DNA of 64,000 nucleotides from Vicugna vicugna (Eukaryota), in contig MU058824.1 of assembly GCA_013265495.1 (NCBI GenBank), positions 4,243,111 to 4,307,110 of the forward strand. The letters run 5' to 3'. The position numbers were made by a program, and so were the translations under genes. Numbering within the stretch: position 1 is the first letter of the stretch; every line of letters starts with the position of its first letter. Positions 39,594-55,045 of this stretch are shown piece after piece. Under the pieces are notes generated by a model. It was not told the DNA's origin and did no database searches. It saw nothing but the letters and a program-made list of their open reading frames with translations.

Positions 39594-39699
39594 AAAAATA
39601 TGGACCACTTCACGAATTTGTGTCATCCTTGCACAGGGGTCATGCTAATCTTCTCTGCATCGTTCTAATTTTAGTATATGTGCTGCCAAAGCTGAGCAC
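39594..39699 (-). pseudogene. RNU6: Full-length U6 snRNA retropseudogene (5' part of a U6/L1 chimera)
   Basis: Reverse complement reads GTGCTCAGCTTTGGCAGCACATATACTAAAATTAGAACGATGCAGAGAAGATTAGCATGACCCCTGTGCAAGGATGACAC...CCATATTTTT, colinear with U6 but with several substitutions. Confidence 0.96.
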
Positions 39700-40039
39700 G
39701 ACTTTTTCTAATAATTAAAGTTATGTAATTCAGCTTGGCTACATGTGCAAAGAATCTCTGCAAATTCAGCACATATTTATTAAGCATCTGGAATATATCA
39801 AGTGGCAAATAAGAGAGAAAGTCCCTGCTTTCATAGAACTCAGACGCTGGAGGGGGAGACAAATGATAAGCAGATAAGTAATAAAAATAAAAGATAATTT
39901 TAAAAGGAAATAAAATAATAAAGGAAAACTTTTAGTTAGAAGTAAATTTGTGGTCTTACTTACTTTCTATATGAGGGGGGAAAATAAGGAGTAACTGAAC
40001 TAAATATTCAACTCGAGAAGTTATAAAATACTTTTTAAG

Positions 40040-43000
40040 GAAAAGAAGTCCAGGCTTTAGTAATGACAGAGCAGCTTGTATCTGACTAACTCTCCTGCAG
40101 CTAACCCTTATAAATTCTGGACACAATATTTTAAAAAGTTAAAGGCACTGGAGAGTGACCAGTAGCAAAAACTGGAGGGGATTTGATCCTCGAGAAAAAG
40201 AGGTGAGATCTGTGTTTAAATGGCTTTTCCTGGCAGTGTTCCCCAGTCTGCATGGTGTCAGTTGGCGAGAACTAAAGCAGAAAGCCACGGTTGTTTAGGG
40301 TGAAGTGGAACTTGGGCTGTACAGTATCTGGAAATTGAGGGGAGAAATTGTGAAGGAGCCCAGAGAAGCCTCAGAGCACCCCAGAATCTGGATATAAACT
40401 CTTCTCAAATTCTTGTTTGACCACGAGCTGCACAGGCATGGGGGGTGGTGGGGGGTACTCCAGGAAGCCTAGGAGAAAATAACAGCTGGAGGCTGGTGAA
40501 GCTGAGAAGGTTAACTGCTGACCACCTCAGGGGGAACAGTTTGGAGCATGAGTCCTACCACTTTAGAGGGGCTTAGTCACATGCTCTCCGGCTTTTTGTT
40601 GAAACCCAAATGGCCATACCTTAGGAGTAAAACCTACATTCCACTTGCTCTTTAAGAGCAAAGCTGAAACAGATTCACCCTAATAAAATGTTAACCTGAG
40701 CTTCCATAAAGTGCTCAGACAGTTATTTAATTGCCTGCTCGATCAAAACTCAAAGGACTTAAGATAACAGAATCCAGGGTCTCTATAGTGTTTTATCCAC
40801 AGTGGTCAGTATGTAATCACAAGTTACTAGATATGTGAAGAAACAGGAAAATTTGACCCAATATCAAGAGAAAAAGTAGTCAAGCTCACAGACTCAGAGG
40901 TGGCTCAGATGTTGGAATTAGCAGACAGGGACCATCTCCATGAGCGGCTATCTCAACAGAGAAGTGGAAACTATGAAAAAGGACCAGATGAGTCTAGAAC
41001 TTATAAGTACCGTATATGCAGTAAATTCACTTGATGTGGATGCTGCAGAGAAGAGAGGGTCCGTGAACTTGAAGACAGATCAATAGGAGTTATCCAGGTG
41101 AAGAACAGAATGAAAAAAATTAAAATTAAGAACAGAGCCGGGGTGGCTCTGGGACAATATTAGAAGCAATCTAATATACATGTAATTTGTGTCTCAGAAG
41201 GAGAGGAGGGGAAAAAATGAGGCAGAAAAATCTTAGAAGTAATGGACAGAAGTTTCCAAATTTGTTTAAAAAAAAAATCAGTGTACAGATCCAGAAAGGT
41301 CAACAACCCCCAATAGTTAAATACGAAGAAAACTACATATAGACATAGCATAGTCAAATTGCTGAAAACAAGAGAAAATCTTGAAAGAAACAAGATAAAA
41401 ATGACATTTCTTACAGGGGAACAATGATGAATGATATTCAACTCACTATCTGAGACAGCAGAGTCCGGAAGACAATGGAACACCTTGAATGTGCTTAAAG
41501 CTAGGGAGAAAAACCCTGTTAACCTAGAATTTTTTTATCCAATGAAAAATCCTTTAAAAATAAAGTTGAAGTAAGGATATTTTCGGAGAAAAGCTAAGCA
41601 AATTACTACCAGCAGATATGCACTACAAAAAATGCTAAGGCAAATTCTTTAAACTGAAGAGACATGATACCTTAAATCTACAGGAAGGACTAGAAATGGT
41701 AAAATATATGGGTGAGTAAAAGAAAGAATGCCTTTTAAAAAAAGACTATTTTTTAGGTCTAACAGCAAAATTGAGCAGAAGATACAGAAGCTTCCCATAG
41801 ACCTTGCTGCCCCTATACATGCTTAGCATCCCCCATTATCAGCAACCCCTACCATACCTCAGTGGTACACTTGGTACAGTTTATGAACCTACACTGACAC
41901 ATCATTACCACCCAAGGTCCATACTTTACATTAGGGTTCAACTTGGTAGTATAAGTCTTCTGGGTCTGGACAAATGTATAGTGACATGTATCCACCATTA
42001 TATCATGCAGAGTCATTCACTGCCCCCCAAATCTTTTCCACTACCTTTCATCCCTTCCTCCCCCCACCCCACAGTCCCCTGGCAACTACTGATCTTTTCA
42101 CCATTTCTGTAGATTTTTGCCTTTTCCAGAATGTCATATAGTTGGAATCATACCGTATGTAGCCTCTTAGAGTTTGCTGCTTTCACTTAGTAATGTGTAT
42201 TTAAGTTTCCTGCATGTATTTTCATAGCTTGATAGCACTTCTTTTTCGGGCTGAATAATATACCATTGTATAGATGTATGATAGTTTACTTATTCATTAT
42301 CCTTAACTGAAGGATATTTTGGCTGCTTCAAATTTCAGCAGTTGTGAATAAAGCTGCTGTAAATATCCATTTTGTATATTTTTGTGTGACATAAGTTTTG
42401 AGCTCATTTGGATAAGTCAAGGGACATGATTGCTAGATTGTATGGTAGGAGCATGTTTAATTTTGCAAGAAACTGCCAAACTGTCTTCCAAAGTGGCTGT
42501 ATCATTCTGTATTCCCCCAGCAGTGAATGAGAGTTCCTGTTGCTCCACATCCTCACCAGCATTTAGTGTTGTCAGTGTTCTTGGCTTTTGGCCATTTTAG
42601 TTGATGTGTAGTGGTATCTCACTTTAATTTGCATTTGTTGATGACATATGATGTGAAGCATCTTTTCATATGCTTATTTGCCATCCTTATATCATCTTTG
42701 GTGGGATGTACATTAAGGTCTCTAGTTCATTTTTTAATTGGGTTGTTTACTGAGTTTTAAGCTCATGGGTCAAACAAGAAATTAGAAAATAGTTTGAACT
42801 GAATAATAAATATTACAATATATTAAAACTTGTGGGTGTAGATAAAGCAGTGGTTATAGGGAAATTTATAGCTTTAAATACATTAAAAAAGAAAAAGATC
42901 CATTTCCACTTAAATAAACAGGAAAAAGAGAAAATTAACCCAAAGTAAGTAGAAGGTAGAAACCAGAGTGGAAACCAGTGAAATATAAAAGCAGATTAAA

Positions 43001-43995
43001 CAACAGAGAAAATTAAGAGCCCAAAGTTATTTCTTTGAAATTATTAATAAAATTGACAAAATCCTACAAAGCACAAGAAAAGGAACAGAAATTACCAATC
43101 CAAGATGACAAGGAGGATACAACTACAGATCTTAACAGCCATTAAAAGAATAAAAGGGGGATATTAGGCCAATAAACTTGACAGTCAATTTAGATGAACA
43201 AACTCCTTGAACAATGTGTACCAAAACTGACAGAAAAAATAGAAAATCTCAATAGCACTGCATCTGTTAAAGAAATTGGATTCATTATCAAATACTTCCT
43301 ATAAAAATACTTTCCTACAAAGATGGCCTCACTTTTGAATTCTATCAAACATTTAAGGAAGAAGTAACACCAATCTTACACAAACTCTTCAGAAAATAGA
43401 GGAGCCAGGGGACTTCCCAGATTATAAAGTCAGCATAATCCTGATACCAAAACCTGACAAAGACATTATAGGAAAAGAAAATTCAAATCAGTATCCCTCA
43501 TGAATATAGACATAAAAAATTTAAACAAAAAAAATTAGCAAGTCATAGCCAGCAATATAAATAAAAGAAATAATACATCATGACCAAGTGGGTTTATCTC
43601 AGGAATTCAAGGTTGATTTTACATTTGAAAATCAGTGTGATTCACAGAGTAACAGTATAAAAGAGAAAATCAATACAACCATTTCAACAGATGTTTAAAA
43701 AAGCATTTGACAAGATTCAACAGCTAGTTATGGTGTAAGAACTTTTAGCAAACTTGGAATAGAAAGGAAATTCTTCAGTCTGATAAAGGCCAGCTGTGAA
43801 AAACCTATAGCTAATATAAAATCTACGCTTTCCTCCGAAGATTGGGAACAAGGTAAGGATACCCACTTTCATCACTTCTGCATGTACTGGATGTAACAGC
43901 CAGTGTACTGAAGCAAGAAACATAAATAAAGGCACAAAGATTGTCTTTATTTACAGACAATATCATAGCCTTTGTAGGGAAACCCAGAGAAATCT
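40040..43995 (+). mobile_element. Old L1 (5' region/ORF1 remnant to ~41740; ORF2 remnant ~42760-43995)
   Basis: ORF1-like and ORF2-like remnants (CTGATACCAAAACCTGACAAAGAC, CATCATGACCAAGTGGG, AAAAGCATTTGACAAGATTCAAC) with many stops. Confidence 0.8.
41745..42760 (-). mobile_element. L1MC-like 3' end nested in the opposite orientation
   Basis: GAACCTACACTGACACATCATTACCACCCAAGGTCCATA...AAGAAACTGCCAAACTGTCTTCCAAAGTGGCTGT. Confidence 0.82.
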
Positions 43996-44884
43996 ATAAA
44001 ATGACTCCTAGGGCAGTATAGGTGCCCTACGTAAAGGATGCTTCATGATCTGAGAAAGTTTAGTGTTAAGTGGATTAAGTAGATTACAGAATTATACTGT
44101 GCTGTGTTCTCAACCATGTTAAATTCTTATGCATAAAATGGCTAGAAAGAAATCAAAATGGTAATACTGGTATTGCTGAATGGTAGGTTTATGCATGATA
44201 ATCTTCTGTATTTTCCAATTTTAACAAAATATTATATATTCAGAAAAAAGTCATATCTTTTAAAATTTAGTCAGACAGGAGACTTTAAGACATTGAAAAT
44301 TGCTGCTGTTATTGAAGCATGAAACAGACCCGAGACTGCATTTCACAGCCAATTTAATGCTATAAAACCTACATTTTCACCCCGGTCAGAATTATGCTGC
44401 ATTAATGGTGCCATACAAAGAGAATTCAGGAGATAATTTCCATCATTCAGAAATTTATATTGTAGTGATCTGTCAGGGATCCTGGTTTTGTAGTATTTTT
44501 TGTATGAGCTTTACTTTTTTTTTTTCCTATTAAGCAGCATATTCCTTTTTACAAGTTTATATATATATTTTAAAAAGCAAAAGTCATGACTATTGTAAAA
44601 TTTGGTCTCTTTTTTTCCTAATAGAAACATCTTTCTCTGCTGTTTCTCCCTCCAGGGAGGCACAGTGAGACCTTCCAGGTGCGGGATGTGTTGATTTGGG
44701 TGGTGGCAACAGGGGCATTTGTGTAGAAAAATTAAGCCATCTGTATATTTATGGTCTGTGCTTTTAATTTTTGTAAGTTATACTTAAGTTTACTTATTTT
44801 AGCAAGGTAATTTTGTAACGTATTTCTTCCTTCCAGGCTAATGTTAGGTTCTTTTCTCCTGTGTTTTTATAGCCCTGTACTTAA

Positions 44885-45445
<561 letters not shown>

Positions 45446-47843
45446 TAGAAACTGTGGATAGAATATTCCATTAGCAGTCAGAAGGCTAAGGCTTTTAGTT
45501 CATAGATCTTGCCCAATGGTTTGACTTCATCTCTCTAAGACTCACCTTTTCTGTAAAATAGGTTTAATGATTGAATTTTTTAAATCTATACTATATTTAT
45601 ACAATGGAATGCTTTTAATATATTAAAGATAATGTTATGGGTGAGTATTTAGTTACAGGGACAGATCCTGACATACCAAAAAGGAAAAAAAGGAAAAAAA
45701 AGCAAGCTACAGAAGTACACATATAATATGCTATTTTTATAAAATATAATGGAAAGGTTGGTAAGTATGTACACTAAGTCATTTACAATATTTACTTCTG
45801 GTTAGTTGAATTATGAGTGTTTTTATTTTTGTTTTCCTTTATTTTTTAGTACAATGGAAAAATTGTTATTTTTAATTTTAATGCCTTTCTTATAGGCTTG
45901 TTAGAATACTCAGATAAGATCATGAATGTTGAAAGCAGTGAGCCATAAATACTTACTAATATAAGGGATTATGATTATTATGAAAAAGTGAAAGTCATAG
46001 TGGTACCATTAGAGTTTGTTACCTCTAATTAAGCGTTAAGGTCTGAAATCTTCAATGATCACTGATCTAGATTCCTGGAAATTACCTTTTGCTAATCAGA
46101 GGCAAAGAAAATAGGTTTACAAACAGGATGTCAGTTGATTACTTTATAGTGAGTACTATCAAGAGGACAAATCAGGACTAATCATCTGTTTAGGTATTTA
46201 GGACTCTCCTTTGTGAAGAGGTCGATCTGTTGAATAATGAAGTTAATGAATAATAAATTGATTTAGTGACCATGTAATCAAAGTGACTGTATATATCTTA
46301 ACTCCGGAACACATTAGACAGGAAAGAAATTGGGCTTTTCTATTGTGTAAGTTAATTCGTTCTATATATTTCATATCCTCGGGCACATTCGTAACTGTCA
46401 GGGAACCTGTCAAGACGGTGCTGGTGGAACAGTCTTCTGCCTCTGCAGTCTCCCCTTTTTTTGTGCTTCTAAGTAAACAGCCCTGCATTCTGTTCTGATT
46501 ATACTCTTAGCTCTGTATGTCTTCTGAGAAACTTTGTATTTCTGAAGAACTTGTAATGAATAGAAAATAACCCTTATAAAGCAGAATGCAGCAAAGCTCT
46601 ACTTGTAGGGCTTAAGGTTCTAGCTGGAATCATTTAAGCAGTTTCTTTGTGAAAAGAATAATGACAAAATAGCAAAAACTCAAATTTTTTTTTAAACCAG
46701 TGGATGGGAAAAAAAAGACATTGAGCCAAAGTCTAGCTGTACCTTTTGTGCAGAGCCCTGCCTGCAATTTCTGATGTTATGCCTCTGCTTACAGGAAAAA
46801 TCGCATTGGATAAGCCACTAAGAACATGCAGCTTTATCCAGAACATTAATAAATAACAATCCTAATAAAAATATTGGCAAAGTTCAAAGGACATGTTATA
46901 TTCCTAATCATGAGAGAAATACTTTACGACACAGAACCAGATGATGGTAGTGTAATGAAAAGGGCTGTGTGGAAGGGCTGAGGCTGCTGACTTGTGGAGA
47001 CAAAGGCAGATAATGTCAGAAGTTGTACATCGAGGAAAAGGTGCAGGCTTTGCATGCAATGTTTTGTTGCCAGGGATGGGTGACTCTAGCTCATTATCCT
47101 GTTTTCTTTTTCACTGTCCTTTAAAAAAAAAAAGATGCCCAGTTTTTGCTCTTTTGCTGTCCTTTTTAAGTGAAGAAACTGCTTAAATGGCTCCACATAG
47201 AGCTGTAAGTTACAAAGTGCAGTCCTGCTGCATCCTGCATTATAGGGTTATTTTCTATGTACTACAAACAGTTCTTAATCACACTTAAAGTAGGGGATAA
47301 ATGACATGTGGAAAGCTGTCATGGGGCACACTGCTGGAGTTTTTCTTCCTCTTCTCCTTCCACTTGCCCCTTAGCAGTAATATGACTGTATTGTATAGAA
47401 TAATCCTCTACATGGAACCACAGAGGCTCCATAAATCCTCATTCAAAGAACTGCCACCAAAAAGAAAAGGCACACAGATCAGAGACTTGCCCTGTAAGTG
47501 TTCTCAAGACAGATTACATGGGCACACTGAACCCGGAGAGAGAGCTGGGGTGAGGGGCCTGGTGACAAGTACTGCATTTCTCCACAGCTTGTTGTGTGCA
47601 TTTGCCTTACAGGCAGTTTTATAATCAGCCACAGGGAGTCATGTATGAATAAATCAGCTGCTACATTAAAGACTGATATTATTCCTCTATTTGCCAGGCA
47701 CAGATGAGATAATTCACATTGTAGAAATACACATTTGAGCAGGACCAACTTGTGCCTGTGGCTGGGTTGCAGCACATACATAATATTTTCATGTCCTTTG
47801 CAGCAGACACCTCTTTTATTGCTGTTCTTCTCCCCAAGTTTTT

Positions 47844-48774
47844 CATCTTTTTTTAAACATTTTTTATTGATTTATAATCATTTTACAATGTTGTGTCAAA
47901 TTCCAGTGTTCAGCACAATTTTTCAGTCATTCATGGACATATACACACTCATTGTCACATTTTTTCTCTGTGAGTTATCATAACATTTTGTGTATATTTC
48001 CCTGTGCTATACAGTGTAATCTTGTTTATCTATTCTACAATTTTGAAATCCCAGTCTATCCCTTCCCACCCTCCACCCCCCTGGTAACCACAAGTCTATA
48101 TTCTCTGTGAGTCTATTTCTGTCCTGTATTTATGCTTTGTTTTTGTTTGTTTGTTTTTGTTTTTGTTTTTTAGATTCCACATATGAGCGATCTCATATGG
48201 TATTTTTCCTTCTCTTTCTGGCTTACTTCACTTAGAATGACATTCTCCAGGAGCANNNNNNNNNNNNNNNNNNNNNNNNNNNNNNNNNNNNNNNNNNNNN
48301 NNNNNNNNNNNNNNNNNNNNNNNNNNNNNNNNNNNNNNNNNNNNNNNNNNNNNNNNNNNNNNNNNNNNNNNNNNNNNNNNNNNNNNNNNNNNNNNNNNNC
48401 TCATTGTAGTTTTGATTTGCATTTCTCTGATAATTAGTGATATTGAACATTTTTTCATGTGCTTTTTGATCATTTGTATGTCTTCCTTGGAGAGTTGCTT
48501 GTTTAGGTCTTCTACCCATTTTTGGATTGGGTTGTTTATTTTTTTCTTATTGAGTCGTATGAGCTGCTTATATATTCTGGAGATCAAGCCTTTGTCGGTT
48601 TCATTTGCAAAAATTTTCTCCCATTCCGTAGGTTTTCTTCTTGTTTTATTTCTGGTTTCCTTTGCTCTGCAGAAGCTTGTAAGTTTCATTAGGTCCCATT
48701 TGTTTATTCTTGCTTTTATTTCTTCTAGGAGAAAATTTTTGAAATGTATGTCAGATAATGTTTTGCCTATGTTT
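47844..48774 (-). mobile_element. Young 5'-truncated L1 spanning the assembly gap
   Basis: Open ORF2 C-terminal frame ([10 protein letters not shown]...[11 protein letters not shown]); perfect 13-bp TSD TCCCCAAGTTTTT at 47831-47843 and 48775-48787. Confidence 0.93.
48256..48399. other. Assembly gap (144 N)
   Basis: Run of n characters. Confidence 1.
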
Positions 48775-49787
48775 TCCCCAAGTTTTTAATTCTCTCTGAG
48801 ATAGTTTCTTTCTAATGGCCCCAATCTGTATCTAGTAGATTACCTGAGTTTGTGATGATCACATCTTTCTAGACTTCTGTTTCTGATAGATTCTTTTAAG
48901 CTTTTGAGTCTTTTTTTTCCTACTTTGTACAAAAATTTAATAATTATATGCCCACCCCACCCCCATTTAGAACATGATATGGAACCAATAATTTTTTAAA
49001 ATAAAAATTTGGAGGCTGTAGTCTTTTATATTTAATACTTCTGAAGATTCTTAGTAAAAACTTACCATTAAATCATAAAAGATAACTGCTGCTAGTTGAA
49101 TTTGGATCAATGATAAACTTACTGTTTATGATAAAGTTGATCATTAATATTAATACCACAAAAAATGTATTCTTTCATTAAAAATAAGCGATTTCAGTTT
49201 TATGGGATAATCTAGGCCCTGTTTCAAAGTGTTTTTGTGTTATTTGGCATAGCAGTATCCATCCAAATCTTTTACACTTTTACATTTTTGCTGTGGAACT
49301 GTCCTTTGGATCCCCAGCCTGGGGATGAGTGAAGCCTTTCTAGTCCTGTGAACAGAGTAAGAAACACTGGCCGTTTGTTGAATCTTGTGGGTAATGGTAT
49401 GGGGAAGCTTCTGTGCATTATATGAAATGTATTTAATGCTCATTCAATCTCTAAATGCCCTGATTTGCAACATATTATTACTCATTAACATTTCTGATAA
49501 TTCATTAGAAACACTAGTTGAAAATTGGGAAGATTCACATTTTTCTAATGCTTTGAAATATTTTGGATTTTAAAACAATGAAGTCTAGTGCCTGCTATTT
49601 AAAGTTACATATTTTGTCTGTGATAGCAAAAACCTTTGTAAAGTATTAAGTTTGCTGAAGAATCCTTGGATTTGTTGCTATGAGTTCTTATCATTTGATC
49701 CTAATTTGGATGCCCTGCTTAGAATGTGACAAAATTTTTTTTCCTTAGAATTTTTAAAAGCAGAGATTTTGGGGTCTTGCTTTTTAG

Positions 49788-50012
<225 letters not shown>

Positions 50013-52087
50013 TGAACTTGGAAAGGAAAGTATACCACCTGCCTTCCCAGTTTTCATGTTCCTATTTTGTCTTCTTTTGACTGCCCTTCCTTTCTTGCTC
50101 GTCTTATCATTGAAGGCCATTCTATTCCAAAATACAGTGAAGTTCAGTTTTCAAAGGATCACCAGTTTTGCAGTAGATTGAAGAGTTCATGATATTATTG
50201 TCAAGTCTAGTAGAAACCTAGTAGGAAAGAAAGAAGTATTTTTAAAAATCTCTTATCTCCATGGTAGTTTCATGTTTAGTCTCCTCCCTCCCAATTTCCA
50301 TCCACGAGAAAATGCAGTGGCCAAGAGATACAAACCATAGAAGTTGAAAGAGTGTCTCTAGGAAAGTAATGATCCCACTGACCACAGTAAAATAGCCATT
50401 GTTATTTCTTGTTGTCTTATATATGTTAGCTATGCCTTAACTTAATCTTGAGCTTCAGCAGTTTAGGTCTGGTTCCCAACCAGTTGATCCTTAACCGTAA
50501 CCTGACTGATCACCTTACTAGTAGGTGGAGCTGTAGTCTTTGGGGCTGGTGAGACCTTAGGCAGGTTAATGGGGGGGATATGAGATACAAATAAGAGATG
50601 CTGGAGCAGGGCCTGCCACTGAGGGGTTTTCAAATACTTGTTATTATTAGCTGACTCCACTCATTGCTGAGCTCTGAGGTGTTTTTTGGTAAAGGAGGCA
50701 GGACCCCTTCTCTGCAATGCCAAGATGTCTCCATCTTACTCTGAAAGAATCCTTCTCTTGGTGTGTCTTGAATCATATTTTCTGTTATGGGAAACAAAGT
50801 AGGATGTTAGTGGAAAAAAATTTAAGAACCGCTCAACCCAGATTTCATCCAGCTAATGTATCAGTATTTCAGAAACCTTAATATTCTTTTCTAATCCTTT
50901 AAACTGTATAAATATTTATAATGTAAGTATATCTCTTGTTCATTATTCACTGTCAGTGTCATTCTGTTTGTGTTTTACTTTCCTTATTGTATATAAGTTA
51001 TAATTAGAGATATTTTGCCCCTGTGGAAGTAAAGGGTCCCAGGAGTGCCTAAATCATATCTGTCACTCACCTCTCCCTTTCAAAGGGCTTTCATTAAAAT
51101 ATATACAAGGAACAATAGGGAAATAGGAGTCAAGGCATCACTTTCTCAGTATCTGACTTAGTACTCAGTTCCCTAATGTAGGATTCCCTGGAAAGTAGGT
51201 TTAGTGCCTGTGATTTAGACATAAGGCCAAAGAGAAGCCTTCAGCTGAGCTCAAATCTGAATCTTGGAATAGTAGCACCTTCTGGTGTGCCATGCACTGC
51301 AGTGATCACAGGTGATGACTGGTACGTTCTGGCAGGAGAGAAGTGGCCAGACCTGCTCTAAGGAGTTGGACCCTCAGTCTGTTACCTACCTGGCCACAGA
51401 AAGAAAGTTAAAAAGACAGAGAACACCTACACGCACAGCCTCTGTTAAATCCATGGCTCTTGCCCACTGGTGAACATGGTGTGGCTGCTGTCCTGCCTTC
51501 TAACCAATCAGATTAGCCGTGTTCCCTCCCTTGGGAGGCAGCAGCCAGGAAGGGGTGAGTAGAGAGGCATTAATAAATATTGCTCCCCCTCATACATCTG
51601 TAACTTTTTAAAAAATCATGCATTTAAAATAAAATATCAGCCACAGTATCAGAACCTATCTGTATTTCCTTGGAGCTTAATCCACTTATGTGGGCCTGCT
51701 TGCTGTCCCATTGTTCATGTAAATGTGCGTGTGAGGTCCCCTGATCAGCTTGGTGTGTGGAGCCCTGAGGCCTTTCCATTGAGGAGCTCTTGGCTTAAGG
51801 GATGGAGACTTTTGGCCTGTTTTGAGCCTCTTAATTGTTCTTTAAAGTAAAGGCTTTGCCTAGGGCATTAGTATTTGCTTTGTGGATGCTGTTTGAAGAG
51901 ACCTCACTGCTGCTGTTTCAAGTTCAAGCAGAGGGCTGACCAGTCATTTTAGATATTCATCATTCATGAAAAGACTAGTAATTAAAATTATTATTTCCCT
52001 AATAACTGTTATGAGTTTTATAGAGGAGATTTCTCTAAGTGGGGCCTATACTCGCCAATGAAAATTGTCAGCTCAGAAACCATTTAA

Positions 52088-52351
<264 letters not shown>

Positions 52352-53009
52352 TGACTAGGCTTAAAACCTGTGTATGAGCTATTATCAGGTATGCATGATC
52401 AGTGCCGGCATACGATTTAATCAGTGAGTGAGTGAGGTTAATGATCAGTTGTAGCCTGAAGTCTATAAATAGCACACAGTGATTACCAACTTTTTTTAGG
52501 GCTCTTACATTTTTGTCTTTGTTTTACCAGAGCTAAAAGTTCCTTAGTTAATTATGGCCTTTGATCGCTGTGTTTAAGAGAGAATGTGGTTGTGTGTGTT
52601 ACAACTGTGTAAATGCTAGTGTTCATTTTTCTGGGCCCAGTAGAGACCCTGTAGTCAGTACTTCGGAGCATGACAAATCCGAATAAGAGGCCCCTAAATA
52701 ACTAAAGTGTAAGTAGGATGTCATTAATGAGTTTGCTGAACTGAGAGAGATCTCATTATTAACATTAGTTCAAGTTCTTATGCTGTCTACATGCAAATAT
52801 ATTTCTGTAGCTACTGGGAAAATGTAGTTACTGGAAAAAGAACTGGACTGGCATCCAGGAGATTAGTTCCAGCTCTGCTCTTTCTCCCGATTCGCACAAT
52901 TGCCACCCTAGCTTTCTATTATCTTTCAACCTTCTTTCCCAACATATTATTTTGCTCCCTACTTCACAGAAAATAGAAGCCATTAGATGAAAATTCTTTC
53001 GGTTTCATT

Positions 53010-54520
53010 AATGCATTCATTAAGAAAATATTTAATAAGTACCTGCGAGGTGCTGGGCACTGGGATTCAGACTAAACTAAACTAGACTGAAAAGGGCTGA
53101 GCTCTCATGTAACTTCCATTCTAGTGTCTGGGAAGAGATGGTAGACACACACACACACACAAAGAAAAGAAGAGTCTGTGATTTCTGTGTGCTGTGCGGG
53201 TTACAACACAAGGTAGGGTAATGCTGGACTGGATGAGGGAAGCCCTCAGGTAGGAGATGACGCGTAAGCTCAGATCTGTACAACGGGGAGTCGGCTATGT
53301 GAGGGTCAGGGAGAAGCAGAGGGAAAAGCCAGTGTGAAAACCCTGAGACAGGAACAAGCCTGATGTGTCTGAGAAACAGAAGGGCCCGTGTAGCTGGAGA
53401 GGAAGAGTGGTACAGGATGATGAGAGAGGAGGAGGAGGACCTTTGTAAGCCAGGGTGAACAATCTGGGATTTTTTCTAAGTATGATGGGAAGCCATTTTA
53501 AGAGAGGATAGCACAGTATGACTTGAATTTAGAAAGATCACTCTGGCCGCCCCATGGAGAGAGGAGTGTGGTGGGGCAGGAGTGAAAGCAGGGAGACCAG
53601 TTAGGAGGCGTTCTTTCAGTTCATGTGAGGGATGACAGTGGCTGAGACTACACTGTAGTGTTAGAGATGGAGGAAAGTTAGATTTGGGGTTTGTTACAGC
53701 ACTTGCTGTGCTTAGATGTGAGTGGTGCGGGGAAGAAGGGAATCAGCAATAACTCTTAGATTTTGGGGTTGAGCAGCAGGGATTTGCTTTCCTGGTACAT
53801 TGGCTTCTGAGGAAGGAACAGTTTAGGAGGGGGCAGAATTAAGAGTCCTGTCATGGCCATGTTAAGTTTGAGATTATGGCAGATAAGCAGCTAAGATCCA
53901 AATTTGAAATGATTGGCATATAGATGGTGTTTAGTTAGGATATCAGTTCAGCTGCTGTAACAGAGAGACCCAGAATAATAGTGCCTCAAATAAGTTAGAT
54001 TTTCTTTGTTTGTCACTGGTGTGGCAGCTCTGCAGTCATCAGAGACAGTCTCCCTGTGCTGCTTTATGATCGCTCCAGCTCTTGCTGTCAAGTCCACATT
54101 TTAACCATTGGGGAAGGAGGAGAGGGGAAGATGTCCTTCCCTTTAAAAGCACAACCTGGAGATTGCAGGCACTTCTTCACACGTCTTCAGAATGTCACAT
54201 GGCCACGTCTAGCTGCAAGGGAAGCAGGAGAATACATACAGTCTTTAGCTGGGTGATCAGTGCCAGCTAAGAATTCTGTTACTAGTACAAAAGATATTGA
54301 GGATAATGGTGCATTCTGCCAGAAATGGAGCCCAGGACCAACCTCTGGAGCCCTTCTGATGAGGAAGGAGAGGCCAGGAGGGAAGACTGAAAAGGAACTG
54401 CAGCAAACCAGGAGTGTGGTGTCATTAAAGCCCAGAAAAGAAAGCGTTTCAAGGAGATGATGCTGAATGCTGCTGAGAGTTCAGATAAGAAGTGAACAGA
54501 GAATAACGCTGAATTTGGCA
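53010..54520 (-). mobile_element. L2 LINE, with a probable MLT1 LTR inserted at ~53932-54300
   Basis: CATTCATTAAGAAAATATTTAATAAGTACCTG reverse L2 3' end, AGATCACTCTGGC...GGGAGACCAGTTAGGAGG; MLT1-like GCTGCTGTAACAGAG segment. Confidence 0.68.
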
Positions 54521-54936
54521 CCGAGGTCTCCTTTCAAAGGCAGTGTGTACTTTCTGCCACCACACTTCCATAAACACATGCCCTCCATCCTCTACACCTA
54601 CCTTTACATTGGAGGGGCTGGGGTGGGATCACTCCTGCTGGTCTGCTGCTCAGCTCCCTACCTGTGTTCTGAATCCCCTGCCTTCCCAAGGACTGTCAGT
54701 CCTCCTTTCTCTTACATGTATGCTTAGCCTCTTCATTTTAACATGCCTAGGCCTCTTTTACTTTAGAAACAAAACAATACAAAACAACCCCTTCCCTGAC
54801 CCCACACCTCTCTCCAGCCACCACCCTTCTGCTCATCTCTTCTTAGCCAGGCCTATTGAAAAACATGTCATTGTCACTGTATTTACTCCCTCAAATTGGT
54901 CAGAAAATGTATGGGGAGAAAGTGACTACCTCAACA

Positions 54937-55045
54937 GCTGACTGGCTAACTGACAAACTGACTGACCAGCTGATTGAACTGAGTAGATGGAAGGCAGGGC
55001 AGATGGAAAGAGTGGACATGCTGGATAAGTAGATGAGTGGTAGGT
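54937..55045. repeat. Degenerate (CTGA)n/(GATG)n simple repeat
   Basis: CTGACTGGCTAACTGACAAACTGACTGACCAGCTGATTGAACTGA, then GATGG units. Confidence 0.6.

Noticed and set aside
39594..39699. Functional U6 gene
   Set aside because: Mutated ACAGAGA box, fused to an L1 tail, flanked by TSD, and no recognisable PSE upstream.
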